DNA of 58,933 nt, the filler included. It is 7 parts of 7 records of this genome, joined end to end, with 100 filler letters (N's around TTAATTAATTAA, not from the genome) between each part and the next. Parts side by side here need not be neighbours in the genome. Positions count along the whole stretch, not along the records: positions 48,008 to 58,933 come from SRR31156797_49774; 6 more parts are not named here. One strand, given 5' to 3'. The position numbers and the translations under genes were made by a program. The notes beneath the pieces are model-generated. The model ran no database searches. It was not told the origin of the DNA and worked only from the letters and a program-made list of their open reading frames with translations. Of this stretch, positions 48,343-57,678 are shown piece by piece. The stretch's first letter is position 1. The number at the start of each line of letters is the position of its first letter.

Positions 48343-49238
48343 ATTTCCCGGTTGGCTCCAAGGATCGCCAGGACCTCTTCCAGGATCCTGTCGGCATCCC
48401 GGGCATCCAGGCTGCATCCGCCCGCACCGGCATGGCCGCCGCCGCCATAGGTGGAAAGCAGCTTGCCCACGTTGACCCGGCAGGCCGGGTTGAAGATGGA
48501 ATGACCGATGCTCAGGAGCACCACCTTTTTATCCGGATTGGCATACCGGATCTTGACGCTGGCATGGGTCTGGGGAAAGAGGGAGTAGGTGAGGAACCGG
48601 TTGCCCGAGGGCACGGTCTCCATGGACCGGAAATCGGCAATGGAGACGGTCTCCTGGTGGATGACGGTGTGCTGCTTCAGGATATCCACATAGAGGCGGT
48701 TCTCCTCCACCACTTCGTCACACCGCTGTTTCACCTCGGGATCCGCCATCACCTCGAGGATGGTCTGCTCCCGCAGCATGGCGACAAGCTTGTTCCAATA
48801 GGGCGGATCGGAGTCGTCACGGTTTTTCACGGTCATGGAAAGAAGGATGTAGGGGTAGGCCTCGGGGTGCAGGACCTGGTCCTCGTTGAGCTCGGCCGCA
48901 TCGATGATGTCGGTCCAGCGGATCAGCTCGTCATAGTCCAGGGGCAGCCGCCCGGCGTTTTTGTAGTACTCATAGGCGACCCCGGCCGCAGAGGGGGCGA
49001 TCTTGAAGGCGCCTTCGATCTTCTCCGCAGTTTTGTTGGAGAAGTGGTGGTCAAACCAGACAGAGCAGCGGGGATCATGGGGCAGGTTTGCCATGATGTC
49101 ACCCTCCCGGATCTCGGCTTCCCTGTTCTGAACCTGGCTCGGTTCGATCCAGAGCGTCGGGGCGTTGATCTCTTCGGCTTCCTGGATGATCACGGCGCTG
49201 ACAATGCCATCAAAATCGGGTCTTGTTACGATTCTCAT
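48339..49238 (-). CDS. DHH-family phosphoesterase (nanoRNase/exopolyphosphatase-like)
   Basis: RPDFDG, WFDHH, APSAA and the DHHA1 motif GGGGHAGAG. Confidence 0.85.
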   Translation of the reverse strand: MRIVTRPDFDGIVSAVIIQEAEEINAPTLWIEPSQVQNREAEIREGDIMANLPHDPRCSVWFDHHFSNKTAEKIEGAFKIAPSAAGVAYEYYKNAGRLPLDYDELIRWTDIIDAAELNEDQVLHPEAYPYILLSMTVKNRDDSDPPYWNKLVAMLREQTILEVMADPEVKQRCDEVVEENRLYVDILKQHTVIHQETVSIADFRSMETVPSGNRFLTYSLFPQTHASVKIRYANPDKKVVLLSIGHSIFNPACRVNVGKLLSTYGGGGHAGAGGCSLDARDADRILEEVLAILGANREI

Positions 49239-49446
49239 AATAAAATGTACCGTTTGGGATTTTAGGGTAGCATGGTAACAGGATATACCTTTACCATGAT
49301 AAAAGATTCAATTTTTATCACACCCGCTTTTCTTTCTCAAGGAGAACCTGGCCATTCCCCGGGAGGAAACCCTTGACACCGGCACGGATTTGGTTAAGAA
49401 AAGGGAAGGGAGTATTACCTATACCTTCAAACTGGAATGGATAATT

Positions 49447-51702
49447 GTGAAACAGAGCCCGGATGTTCCCACCATGGGAGAGTTAGCCCTCCAATACGGT
49501 ACCATAGACAGACGACAGCTGGATCGCCTCCTTGTCCTGGAAACCCGGACCGGTCTTTCCTGTATCCAGCTCTTGAAGCAGGAGAAGATGGCCACCGAGT
49601 ACCAGATCAGCCTGCTGTCCCTCATACAGGAGTTTCTGGTCATCCAGAAGCAGGGGGAGAAATTCGGCCAGCTGGCGATTGAAAGGGGATTTACCACAAG
49701 GGAGCATGTGGACGCGGCCCTGAAGGAACAGCTCCAGGAGTTCAGAAAGGCCAAGGTCAAGCGGCTGATCGGTGACATCCTTGTGGAATCCGGGGTGATC
49801 ACCCCGGAGCAGAAGGAGATCATCGCCCGGGAGCAAAAGCTCCTGGACGTTCGAGCCGCCATGGCCGAGGAGACGCCTGCGCCCCTGGAACTGAGCCCTG
49901 AAGTGCGGCATTTCCTTAAAATACGGGACCTGGACAAGGTTTTTGCCGCCACCGTGGTTGAAAACGGGTTTGCCACCAGGGAACAGGTGGACGCCGCCCT
50001 CAAGAGCCAGGTGGTTGAGTTCAAGCGCCAGGGGACCATCCGCCTGCTTGGGGACATCATGGTTGCCAAGGGAGTGCTGACCCAGGGGCAGCGGGACCTG
50101 ATCCTTGCCGAACAGAACCGGATGGAGGCGGCGCCGGTCCGGGAGGCGCCTGATGCCGCCCCTGGCCCCGGGATCGACATCTTCATCGTCGATGATGCCA
50201 TGGCGGCGTGGGTCGAGATGCCGAAAACCAAGGAGCCCGGCCTGACCCTGGCCGAGCTCAAAGCGGCCCTGGCAGGGAAGGGCGTCACCCACGGGGTGCT
50301 GAGCGATCCCCTGCTTCAGTGCTGCATGGACAAAAAAATGCCCCGGTTCATGGCGGCTAAGGGCGATTTGCCGGTGCTGCCGGGAGAGAACCGGGCGGAC
50401 TACCTCTTTGCGACCCAACCCGGGGAGACCGGGGAGGTCCGGCCCGAACCCAGGGTGGAACGGGGGGAGGCCCTGGCCGAGTTGGGACGGGTTGAAACCA
50501 CGACCCAGGGAAGGGATGTCCTTGGCAACAGCGTGTCAAAGGCGCTGCCCCACAGGATTCCCGCTTTCACCTGTGGCAGTGGGGCCCGGCTCTCCCGGGA
50601 GAATCACAAGGTGTTTGCCGGCACCCGGGGCATCCCTTTTTTATCCCTTTGGGGGCGGCTTTACGTCTTTCCCGAGGTCCATGTGCTTGATGATGCCGAC
50701 CTGAAGTTCGGCCCCATCCAGGAGTTCTCCGCCATCAAGGTGTCGGGCATCCTGACCGGAGCCTATCCGGTTCAGGCCGGCAGGGTCGATGCCCGGGAAA
50801 TCCGGGGGGCCGATATTGTGAGCCTCGGCGATATCTCTGTCTCCATCGGCATCACCAATGCCGTCATCAAAACCCAGGGCAGTGTCCGGGCAAGGTACAT
50901 CCACAATTCCACCATCGAGGCCTTTGGGGACGTCATCGTGGACCATGAGATCCTGGATTCCACCATCACCATCAGCGGTCGCTGCTCGGCCGAAAACAGC
51001 CGGATCATCGCCTCCGATATTTCGGCAAAGGGGGGCGTTGCGGCCGGGGCCGTGGGAAGTGATGTCACCGTGCCCTGCCGTATCAGCGCCGGCAGGGAGG
51101 ATCACCTGGTGATCGAGCTTGAACGGATCGATACCCGGATGGACCAGGTGACCGAAAAGCTGGATAAACTCGTAAACAGGGTCGGGGAGCTTGAGGGTGA
51201 GAGCAAGCGGCTCTTTGAGAAGATGGTGGACCTCAAACGCTTCCATGACGCGGCCGAACAGGAAAGGGAGAGGACCCGGCAGCACCTGGAAAACATCAAT
51301 GGCACAGGCACGGACCAGGAGAGGGAGAAGACCGCCAGGCTTGTGAGGGCCCTTGACAAGCGGCTTGCGTCCACCTTCAACGCACTCAGGGATCTCAATT
51401 CCCGGAAAAAGGTCCTTGCTAAAAAGCTGGCCGCCATACGGGAGAAGGAGGCGGCGGTAAGGCCGGTGGTGGAGGCCGAGTTGCAGACCCTTGAACAAAA
51501 GCGGTTTGCCCTGATTGAGTGGAGCCGGAAGCGCCCGGGGGGTGCCGAGATTGCCGTCAAGGGGACCATGGCCCAGGAAACGGTGCTGACCGGGCCGTTC
51601 AGTTCAACAACGGTTCAGAAACCCTGCCGGGGGGTGAAAATCCGCGAGAGGAGAAAAAACGGGACGCCTGACCAATTTGAGTTAGTCTTGAAAAAGCTGT
51701 AA
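49447..51702 (+). CDS. FapA/DUF342 family protein with N-terminal MshEN-like repeats
   Basis: Repeats such as RLIGDILVESGVIT..Q and RLLGDIMVAKGVLT..Q, then DUF342-like beta-helix and coiled coil. The start is uncertain; GTG 49447 is preferred because TTGACA at 49373 suggests the promoter overlaps 49390. Confidence 0.75.
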   Translation: MKQSPDVPTMGELALQYGTIDRRQLDRLLVLETRTGLSCIQLLKQEKMATEYQISLLSLIQEFLVIQKQGEKFGQLAIERGFTTREHVDAALKEQLQEFRKAKVKRLIGDILVESGVITPEQKEIIAREQKLLDVRAAMAEETPAPLELSPEVRHFLKIRDLDKVFAATVVENGFATREQVDAALKSQVVEFKRQGTIRLLGDIMVAKGVLTQGQRDLILAEQNRMEAAPVREAPDAAPGPGIDIFIVDDAMAAWVEMPKTKEPGLTLAELKAALAGKGVTHGVLSDPLLQCCMDKKMPRFMAAKGDLPVLPGENRADYLFATQPGETGEVRPEPRVERGEALAELGRVETTTQGRDVLGNSVSKALPHRIPAFTCGSGARLSRENHKVFAGTRGIPFLSLWGRLYVFPEVHVLDDADLKFGPIQEFSAIKVSGILTGAYPVQAGRVDAREIRGADIVSLGDISVSIGITNAVIKTQGSVRARYIHNSTIEAFGDVIVDHEILDSTITISGRCSAENSRIIASDISAKGGVAAGAVGSDVTVPCRISAGREDHLVIELERIDTRMDQVTEKLDKLVNRVGELEGESKRLFEKMVDLKRFHDAAEQERERTRQHLENINGTGTDQEREKTARLVRALDKRLASTFNALRDLNSRKKVLAKKLAAIREKEAAVRPVVEAELQTLEQKRFALIEWSRKRPGGAEIAVKGTMAQETVLTGPFSSTTVQKPCRGVKIRERRKNGTPDQFELVLKKL

Positions 51703-51886
51703 AATTCCGAACTCAATGCCCCTGTCCCCCCATTGACAACAGGCTGATTCCCATTAATCGTATAAAACCATGAGTGGTTATAGTCGGTTTCATTGGAATT
51801 GAGACCCGCGTGAGTTATTATTTATACTAAATGGCGCAATTCATATGTGACAAGCCGGAATCCTTTAGCCTGTTGGGAGGGGCGTT

Positions 51887-52948
51887 ATGTCAAACCGTAC
51901 ACCCGCCGGTGCCGCCGGACTTTTTATTGCCACCCTTTGCCTGACCCTTCTTGTGTTGGGAACAGCCCTTTCTTCCAAAGCCGGGACGATCAAGCGGATT
52001 ATTCTCATGGAAACCATGCCCGTACCGGTGGTGCTTGAGCACAGCCGTTGGTTTCTTGCCCAGCTTTCGGAGATGGGATACAAAGAGGGGGAAAACATGC
52101 GGCTTTCGATCCTTCAACCCAATGGTGACAGGAAACGGGCGGAACGCCTGCTGAAAGAGGCCCTGGCCGGGGGCGCCCCGGATCTTGTGGTGACCAATGC
52201 CACCCTGGCGTCCCAGACCGCGGCCAGAGTCCTGAAAGGCACGGGCATACCGATTCTTTTCATGACGGTCTCCGATCCGGTGGGGGCCGGCCTGATCCGG
52301 AAGGTGGGGACCCCCACCGGCACGAACATTACCGGAAAGGTGCATATGATCTCCAGGGAAACCCGGATCAATATGGTGATGGGGCTCATTGGGAACACGG
52401 TTTCACGAAAGCCGGTCCGGATCGGCTTTGTTCATTCCTCCTACCCCTCCTCGGTGGGGGATTTCAGGGCATTGTCCGCCTTTGCCGAAAGCCGGGATGA
52501 CATCCGGTTTGTTCCCTTCCGGGTGGATTACCGGAAAGTCCCCCAGGGCCTGCCCGCCATGCTCAAGGACGCCATCCGGGGGATCGAAACCCTCCGGGAC
52601 CAGGTGGATTTCTGGTGGGAGCCCTCCGGGCCCCTGGGGGAGGTGGGGGCGTATACAACGGCGCTGTTGGAACATTCCGCCGTACCGGTTGTGATGGGCA
52701 CCAAGCTGGAAAGTGTCAAACTGGGGGCGCTGCTTCATCTCACCCCCAGCATCGAGGCCAGCGGCCGGGAGACCGCCATGCTGGCGGACGCCATTCTGAA
52801 AGGGGCGGATCCGGGGGGGATACCTGCCTCCCCGCCCACCGCCTTTGAACTGGGGATCAACCTGACCACCGCCCTGGAGAACAGGATTGTCGTGCCCCCG
52901 GAGCTGCTGGAACTTGCCGGAGAGCATGTTTACAGACAGGAGCAATGA
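51887..52948 (+). CDS. ABC-type substrate-binding protein (ABC_sub_bind family), no permease adjacent
   Basis: Signal peptide; PILFMTVSDPVGAGL, TGTNITG, ILKGADPG and INLTTA. Confidence 0.85.
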   Translation: MSNRTPAGAAGLFIATLCLTLLVLGTALSSKAGTIKRIILMETMPVPVVLEHSRWFLAQLSEMGYKEGENMRLSILQPNGDRKRAERLLKEALAGGAPDLVVTNATLASQTAARVLKGTGIPILFMTVSDPVGAGLIRKVGTPTGTNITGKVHMISRETRINMVMGLIGNTVSRKPVRIGFVHSSYPSSVGDFRALSAFAESRDDIRFVPFRVDYRKVPQGLPAMLKDAIRGIETLRDQVDFWWEPSGPLGEVGAYTTALLEHSAVPVVMGTKLESVKLGALLHLTPSIEASGRETAMLADAILKGADPGGIPASPPTAFELGINLTTALENRIVVPPELLELAGEHVYRQEQ

Positions 52949-54471
52949 TGCGGCTTCAAACCAAAACCAGCCTGGCCATCCTGCCCATGGTCTCCCTGGC
53001 GATTCTCTTTCTTGGCACATGGTCTGTGATCACCGCAACCCAAAGCCTGCGAAAATCCATGGATGTTGTCATGACCCTGGAGCTGGAAGATTTCATGGAC
53101 CATTCGTTAAAACGGATGCATGGGGTGCTGGAGAAGAACCGGCTGACCCAGGTGGCCTCTTTTGTGGAAAAATACCAGGCCCTTGCCCTGGCCGAGGCCA
53201 AAGCGATTCACTATTTGCAATCGGCCCGCCTGTTGATCCTGGCCCCCTCCGGCAGGGCGATCTTCAGCAGCCGGCAGGAGGAACAGGGGGTGGATCCCCA
53301 GTGGGGGGATGTGGCGGCCCGGATCGCTTCCCGGCCCCATGGTGAGGTCAAGGGAGAGCTCAGGACCCGCCAGGGGAAGGAGATCTACCTGGGGCGCTAT
53401 TTTGAGCCCTGGCGCTGGTCCGTGATCTATGCCGTCTCAGCGGACGAGGTGGAGGCGTCGGCCCGGAGTATCCGCAACGCCACCTTCGGGGTGGCAGGGA
53501 TATGTATCGTAGCGGGATTTGTTATGATTTTTCTCATCTTCAGGCGTTTCCTTATCTCCCCGGTCTCCCTTCTCAAGGATGCGGCCAGGGCCATTGCCGG
53601 CCAGGAGGATGTGGAGCGGATCGATATCCGGTCCAGGGATGAGCTCGGGGAGCTTGCCCGCAGCATGGAGGAGATGGCAGGATCGATCCAGCGTTACCGG
53701 GTCCGGCAGGCAAACTGGCAAAACCACCTTGAGGCGGAGATCCGGGCCCGCACCGAGGACCTGAACAAAACCAACGCCGCCCTGGAGAGAAGCAACCGGG
53801 AGCTGGATGATTTTGCGTATATCGCCTCCCACGACCTGAAGGAGCCCCTCCGGGGCATTGCCAACTATTCGGCGTTTCTCATGGAGGATTACGGGGAGAT
53901 CCTGGATGATGGCGGCCGGGCAAAGCTGCAAACCCTGATCCGCCTGGCCCGGCGGGAAGAATCCCTGATTGAGTCCCTGCTGGAGTATTCCCGGGTGGGC
54001 CGGACCGAGCTTGCCTTTGAACCGGTGGACCTGAACGTTGTGGTCCGGGAGGTGATTGAGGCGATCATGCCCTCCTTTGAAGGGGAGAAGATCGATATCC
54101 GGGTGCCGGAGCCGCTACCGGTGATCCACTGCGACAGTGTGCGCATCAATGACGTGTTTTACAATCTTGTCACCAATGCCATAAAATACAATGACAAGCC
54201 TGAGAAGCGGATCGAAACCGGGGTTCAAACAGCGGCCGGCCAATACATCTTTTATGTGAAGGATAACGGGATCGGCATTCCGGAAAAACACCATGATAAG
54301 ATCTTCACCATCTTCAAGCGGTTGCACGGCAGGGACAAGTTTGGGGGCGGGACCGGGGCCGGGCTCACCATTGTGAAAAAAATCGTGGAACACCACGGGG
54401 GAAAGATCTGGGTGGAATCCCGCCCGGGGGAAGGCACCACCTTTTATTTTACCCTGAAGCAAGGAGAATAG
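52945..54471 (+). CDS. HAMP-domain sensor histidine kinase
   Basis: Two TM helices, HAMP (RDELGELA), H-box FAYIASHDLKEPLR, NAIKY, DNGIGI and GAGLTIVKKIV. Confidence 0.95.
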   Translation: MMRLQTKTSLAILPMVSLAILFLGTWSVITATQSLRKSMDVVMTLELEDFMDHSLKRMHGVLEKNRLTQVASFVEKYQALALAEAKAIHYLQSARLLILAPSGRAIFSSRQEEQGVDPQWGDVAARIASRPHGEVKGELRTRQGKEIYLGRYFEPWRWSVIYAVSADEVEASARSIRNATFGVAGICIVAGFVMIFLIFRRFLISPVSLLKDAARAIAGQEDVERIDIRSRDELGELARSMEEMAGSIQRYRVRQANWQNHLEAEIRARTEDLNKTNAALERSNRELDDFAYIASHDLKEPLRGIANYSAFLMEDYGEILDDGGRAKLQTLIRLARREESLIESLLEYSRVGRTELAFEPVDLNVVVREVIEAIMPSFEGEKIDIRVPEPLPVIHCDSVRINDVFYNLVTNAIKYNDKPEKRIETGVQTAAGQYIFYVKDNGIGIPEKHHDKIFTIFKRLHGRDKFGGGTGAGLTIVKKIVEHHGGKIWVESRPGEGTTFYFTLKQGE

Positions 54472-54472
54472 C

Positions 54473-54919
54473 ATGGTCACGTCCAGGCAACCGATTCTGA
54501 TTGTTGAAGACAGTCCCGAAGATTATGAGGCCACCCTGCGGGCCTTCAAGAAATCGGGGCTCGCTAACCCCGTGTTCCGGTGCGAAGACGGGGATGAGGC
54601 CCTGGATTACCTGTTCCGGCGCGGCGACTATCGGGACAGGGAAAAATCCCCCCGTCCCGGCATCATTCTTCTGGATCTGAACCTGCCGGGCACGGACGGC
54701 CGGGAGGTGTTGAGGGAGATCAAAAAAGACGAGACCCTGAAAACGATTCCCGTGGTCGTTTTAACCACATCCACCAATGAGAAGGATATCGAGGACTGTT
54801 ATGCGGCGGGGGCCAGCAGTTATCTGTCCAAGCCGGTGGATCTTACCGGATTTATGGCGTCGATCCAGAGACTGACAGACTACTGGTTTGAGATCGTCAT
54901 CCTTCCCAGGGGAGAGTGA
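54473..54919 (+). CDS. Single-domain response regulator (Rcp1-like)
   Basis: ILIVED, ILLDLNLP, VLTTS and YLSKP. Confidence 0.95.
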   Translation: MVTSRQPILIVEDSPEDYEATLRAFKKSGLANPVFRCEDGDEALDYLFRRGDYRDREKSPRPGIILLDLNLPGTDGREVLREIKKDETLKTIPVVVLTTSTNEKDIEDCYAAGASSYLSKPVDLTGFMASIQRLTDYWFEIVILPRGE

Positions 54920-56949
54920 ACACCATGGGAACCACCCCTCTCAAAATTCTGATCATAGATGACAGCCCTGAAGATCAGGCCACCTACCAGCGACTGCTCA
55001 AGCGGGACCGGGAGCGGGAATATTGTTTCATGGAGGCCGAGACCGGTGAGGACGGCCTGGATATTCTCCGGCAAACCCCGGTGGACGGCATTCTTCTGGA
55101 TTACAACCTGCCGGACATGGACGGCCTGGAGGTGCTCGAGGAACTTTCCAAGGACCCGCACCTCACCAAGATCCCGGTGATTTTCCTGACCGGCCAGGGC
55201 AGTGAAATGGTGGCGGTGTGCGCCATGAAAAGCGGTGCCACCGATTATCTCATCAAAACCGTATTGACCACGGAGCTCCTTGTCCGAACCGTTCACCATG
55301 CCATGGAAAAGATCGAGGCGGAAAGGGCCCTTCAGGAAAGCCATGCTTTTCTCAATACCCTGATCGAGACCATCCCGGATTCGATCTTCTATAAGGATAC
55401 GGAAGGGAGATGCACCGGATGTAACAAGGCGTTTGAGGACTTTCTCGGTATTCCCCGGGAGAAGATCGTGGGAAAGCGCTTCCATGAAATTGTTTCTGAT
55501 GATGCCGGGGACAGGTATGACCGGCTCGACCGCCAGCTGATCCAGCGGCCGGGGGCCCTCACCATTGAAACCGCCATACGGGACAAGGCCGGCCGGCAAC
55601 GGGAGATCATCCTGAATCAGGCGTCGTACCAGGATACGGAGGGCCGGGTGATCGGATTTGTGGGCAGCATGGTTGACATCACCCAGAGAAAGGAGATGGA
55701 GGAGCTGCTCAAGAAAACCGCCCTGGAACTGGAAAAGGCCAACCGCCGGATTCTCCGGCAGCATGAGGCCATGATCGAGGAGGAGCGGCTCAAGGTGCTG
55801 TTGCAGATGGCCGGGGCCACGGCCCATGGCATTATTCAGCCCTTGTCCCAGCTGTTGGAGAATATCCGGTTGATCCAGCAGCACCGGGACGATCCCGAAA
55901 CCATGGACCGCCATATTGCCAGGGTTGAAACCGCCGGGGAACGGATCGCCGGGATGGTCCGGAAAATTCAGACCATTCCCCATTTTGAGGTCGACCCTTC
56001 CCCCGGAGAACCTGCCCCCATTGATTTTGCTGCTTCCATCTCCGTCCTGTGCGTGGACGCCGATGAAGCCGCCGGTAAACGGATCCGGGAGCTGCTTCTG
56101 GATAAAGGGGATATCCGGGTGTTCCATGTCAGGGACCTCGAGGACGCCTTTGAGGTGATCAAGACCATCGGGGTGGATATCATCCTCATGGACTATGTCC
56201 TTCCCTCCGGAACCGCCCTTGATTTTCTCACTGCCATGGCATCACGGGGGATCGATATTCCCGTTGCCGTGATCACGGGAAGGGGGGATGACATGGTCGC
56301 CTCCCAGACCATAAAGTCCGGTGCCTATGATTATCTGGCAAAGGCACGGCTCTCCCGGGAGTCTCTCTACAGGGTGATCTCCAATGCCCTTGAGAAGCAC
56401 CGCCTGAATCAGGAGATGCGCCTGGCCGTGAAACGAATGACGGAAATGTCCACCCGGGACGAGTTGACTTGCCTGTACAACCGGCGATACTTCATGGACG
56501 TGCTGGAACGGGAGATGAAGGCCGCCAAACGGTATGACCGGCACCTTGCCCTCTGTTTGATGGATCTGGATTTTTTCAAGAAAATAAACGACACCCATGG
56601 GCATCCGGCGGGGGATGAGGTGCTGAGGGCGGTGGCCGGGCTTCTCCGGGAGTTTTCCAGGGATTCGGACATTCCCTGCCGCTACGGGGGGGAGGAGTTT
56701 GTGGTGGTGATCCCCGACACCGCCATGGAAGATGCCCGGTCATTCTGTGAAAGGTTCCGGAAAAAATTGGAAACCCATGTTATTCAATACCAGGCGCTTT
56801 CCCTCCGGGTGACGGTCAGTATCGGGCTCGCAGGGTTTTCGTCCACCTCGGACCAATCCATTACAACCTTTATCAGTCAGGCGGACAAGGCCCTCTATTC
56901 CGCCAAAGAGCAGGGAAGAAACCGCGTTATTGCCGTGGATGAAAAATGA
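54916..56949 (+). CDS. Diguanylate cyclase with REC-PAS-DHp-like-REC-GGDEF architecture
   Basis: REC (LLDYNLP), PAS (IFYKDTEG), AGATAHGIIQPL, REC (LMDYVLP), DLDFFKKIND, I-site RDSD and A-site GGEEF. Confidence 0.93.
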   Translation: MNTMGTTPLKILIIDDSPEDQATYQRLLKRDREREYCFMEAETGEDGLDILRQTPVDGILLDYNLPDMDGLEVLEELSKDPHLTKIPVIFLTGQGSEMVAVCAMKSGATDYLIKTVLTTELLVRTVHHAMEKIEAERALQESHAFLNTLIETIPDSIFYKDTEGRCTGCNKAFEDFLGIPREKIVGKRFHEIVSDDAGDRYDRLDRQLIQRPGALTIETAIRDKAGRQREIILNQASYQDTEGRVIGFVGSMVDITQRKEMEELLKKTALELEKANRRILRQHEAMIEEERLKVLLQMAGATAHGIIQPLSQLLENIRLIQQHRDDPETMDRHIARVETAGERIAGMVRKIQTIPHFEVDPSPGEPAPIDFAASISVLCVDADEAAGKRIRELLLDKGDIRVFHVRDLEDAFEVIKTIGVDIILMDYVLPSGTALDFLTAMASRGIDIPVAVITGRGDDMVASQTIKSGAYDYLAKARLSRESLYRVISNALEKHRLNQEMRLAVKRMTEMSTRDELTCLYNRRYFMDVLEREMKAAKRYDRHLALCLMDLDFFKKINDTHGHPAGDEVLRAVAGLLREFSRDSDIPCRYGGEEFVVVIPDTAMEDARSFCERFRKKLETHVIQYQALSLRVTVSIGLAGFSSTSDQSITTFISQADKALYSAKEQGRNRVIAVDEK

Positions 56950-56967
56950 TGTTCTCCCGTGTGCTAA

Positions 56968-57576
56968 TTAACTGGTCTTTTGCCCGAGTTTTTGCCCTAA
57001 TTCTGCCCGGAACAGCCGGGTATGAACGGCCCGGGAGGGCGTGAGAACGCTTTGGTACAGATCCAGGCAGGCGCACTCAAACTTCTTGGATTCCGCCTTC
57101 TGGAATTCCTGTATCACCTCCAGCATCTGCCGGCTGTCCGCCCGGGTCTTGAGCCGGGCCAGGGTCAGGTGGGGGGAGAACCGCTTTTTCTCCCGGGGAA
57201 TCCCCGCCTTTTCAAGATTCATGTCCAGGGTCCGGAAGAGGGCCGACAGGACCTCGTTTTCCGATCTCACCCCTGACCAGATCACCCTGGCCTTTTTCAC
57301 CGTCGGAAACACCCCCACCCCCCGGGCCCTCAATTCAAACGGTTCATGGGCCGCCGCCGTTTGCTCGAGGGCCGCCATGATGGCATCCACCTTTTCAGGC
57401 GGGGTGTCCCCCATGAATTTCAGGGTGAGATGCAGGGTGTCCATCCGGGTCCAGGACGCCTTGAACCCCTTTTTTTTCAATGCGGTCTGAACCCCTTCGA
57501 GGAACAGGACCACCTTTTCCGGCACGGGCACAGCCACAAAGAGCCGCAGGGTTTTGTTGTTATTTTTAGTGTCCAC
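56968..57576 (-). CDS. thpR: RNA 2',3'-cyclic phosphodiesterase (2H family)
   Basis: RLFVAV and two HxT motifs (LHLTLKF, PHLTLAR). Confidence 0.93.
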   Translation of the reverse strand: MDTKNNNKTLRLFVAVPVPEKVVLFLEGVQTALKKKGFKASWTRMDTLHLTLKFMGDTPPEKVDAIMAALEQTAAAHEPFELRARGVGVFPTVKKARVIWSGVRSENEVLSALFRTLDMNLEKAGIPREKKRFSPHLTLARLKTRADSRQMLEVIQEFQKAESKKFECACLDLYQSVLTPSRAVHTRLFRAELGQKLGQKTS

Positions 57577-57678
57577 TGGTTATTCCTTTACAGAGTACCT
57601 GTTGTTTTTTATAATGCCCCCAAGTTGGAGTAAAACGATGGTCGTATACAAGTTTACCGAGTTTGTAACGGGAACTCA

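Noticed and set aside
51703-51886. Possible c-di-GMP riboswitch upstream of the SBP-kinase operon
   Set aside because: I could not recognise a GEMM-type structure by eye. An Rfam scan would be needed.
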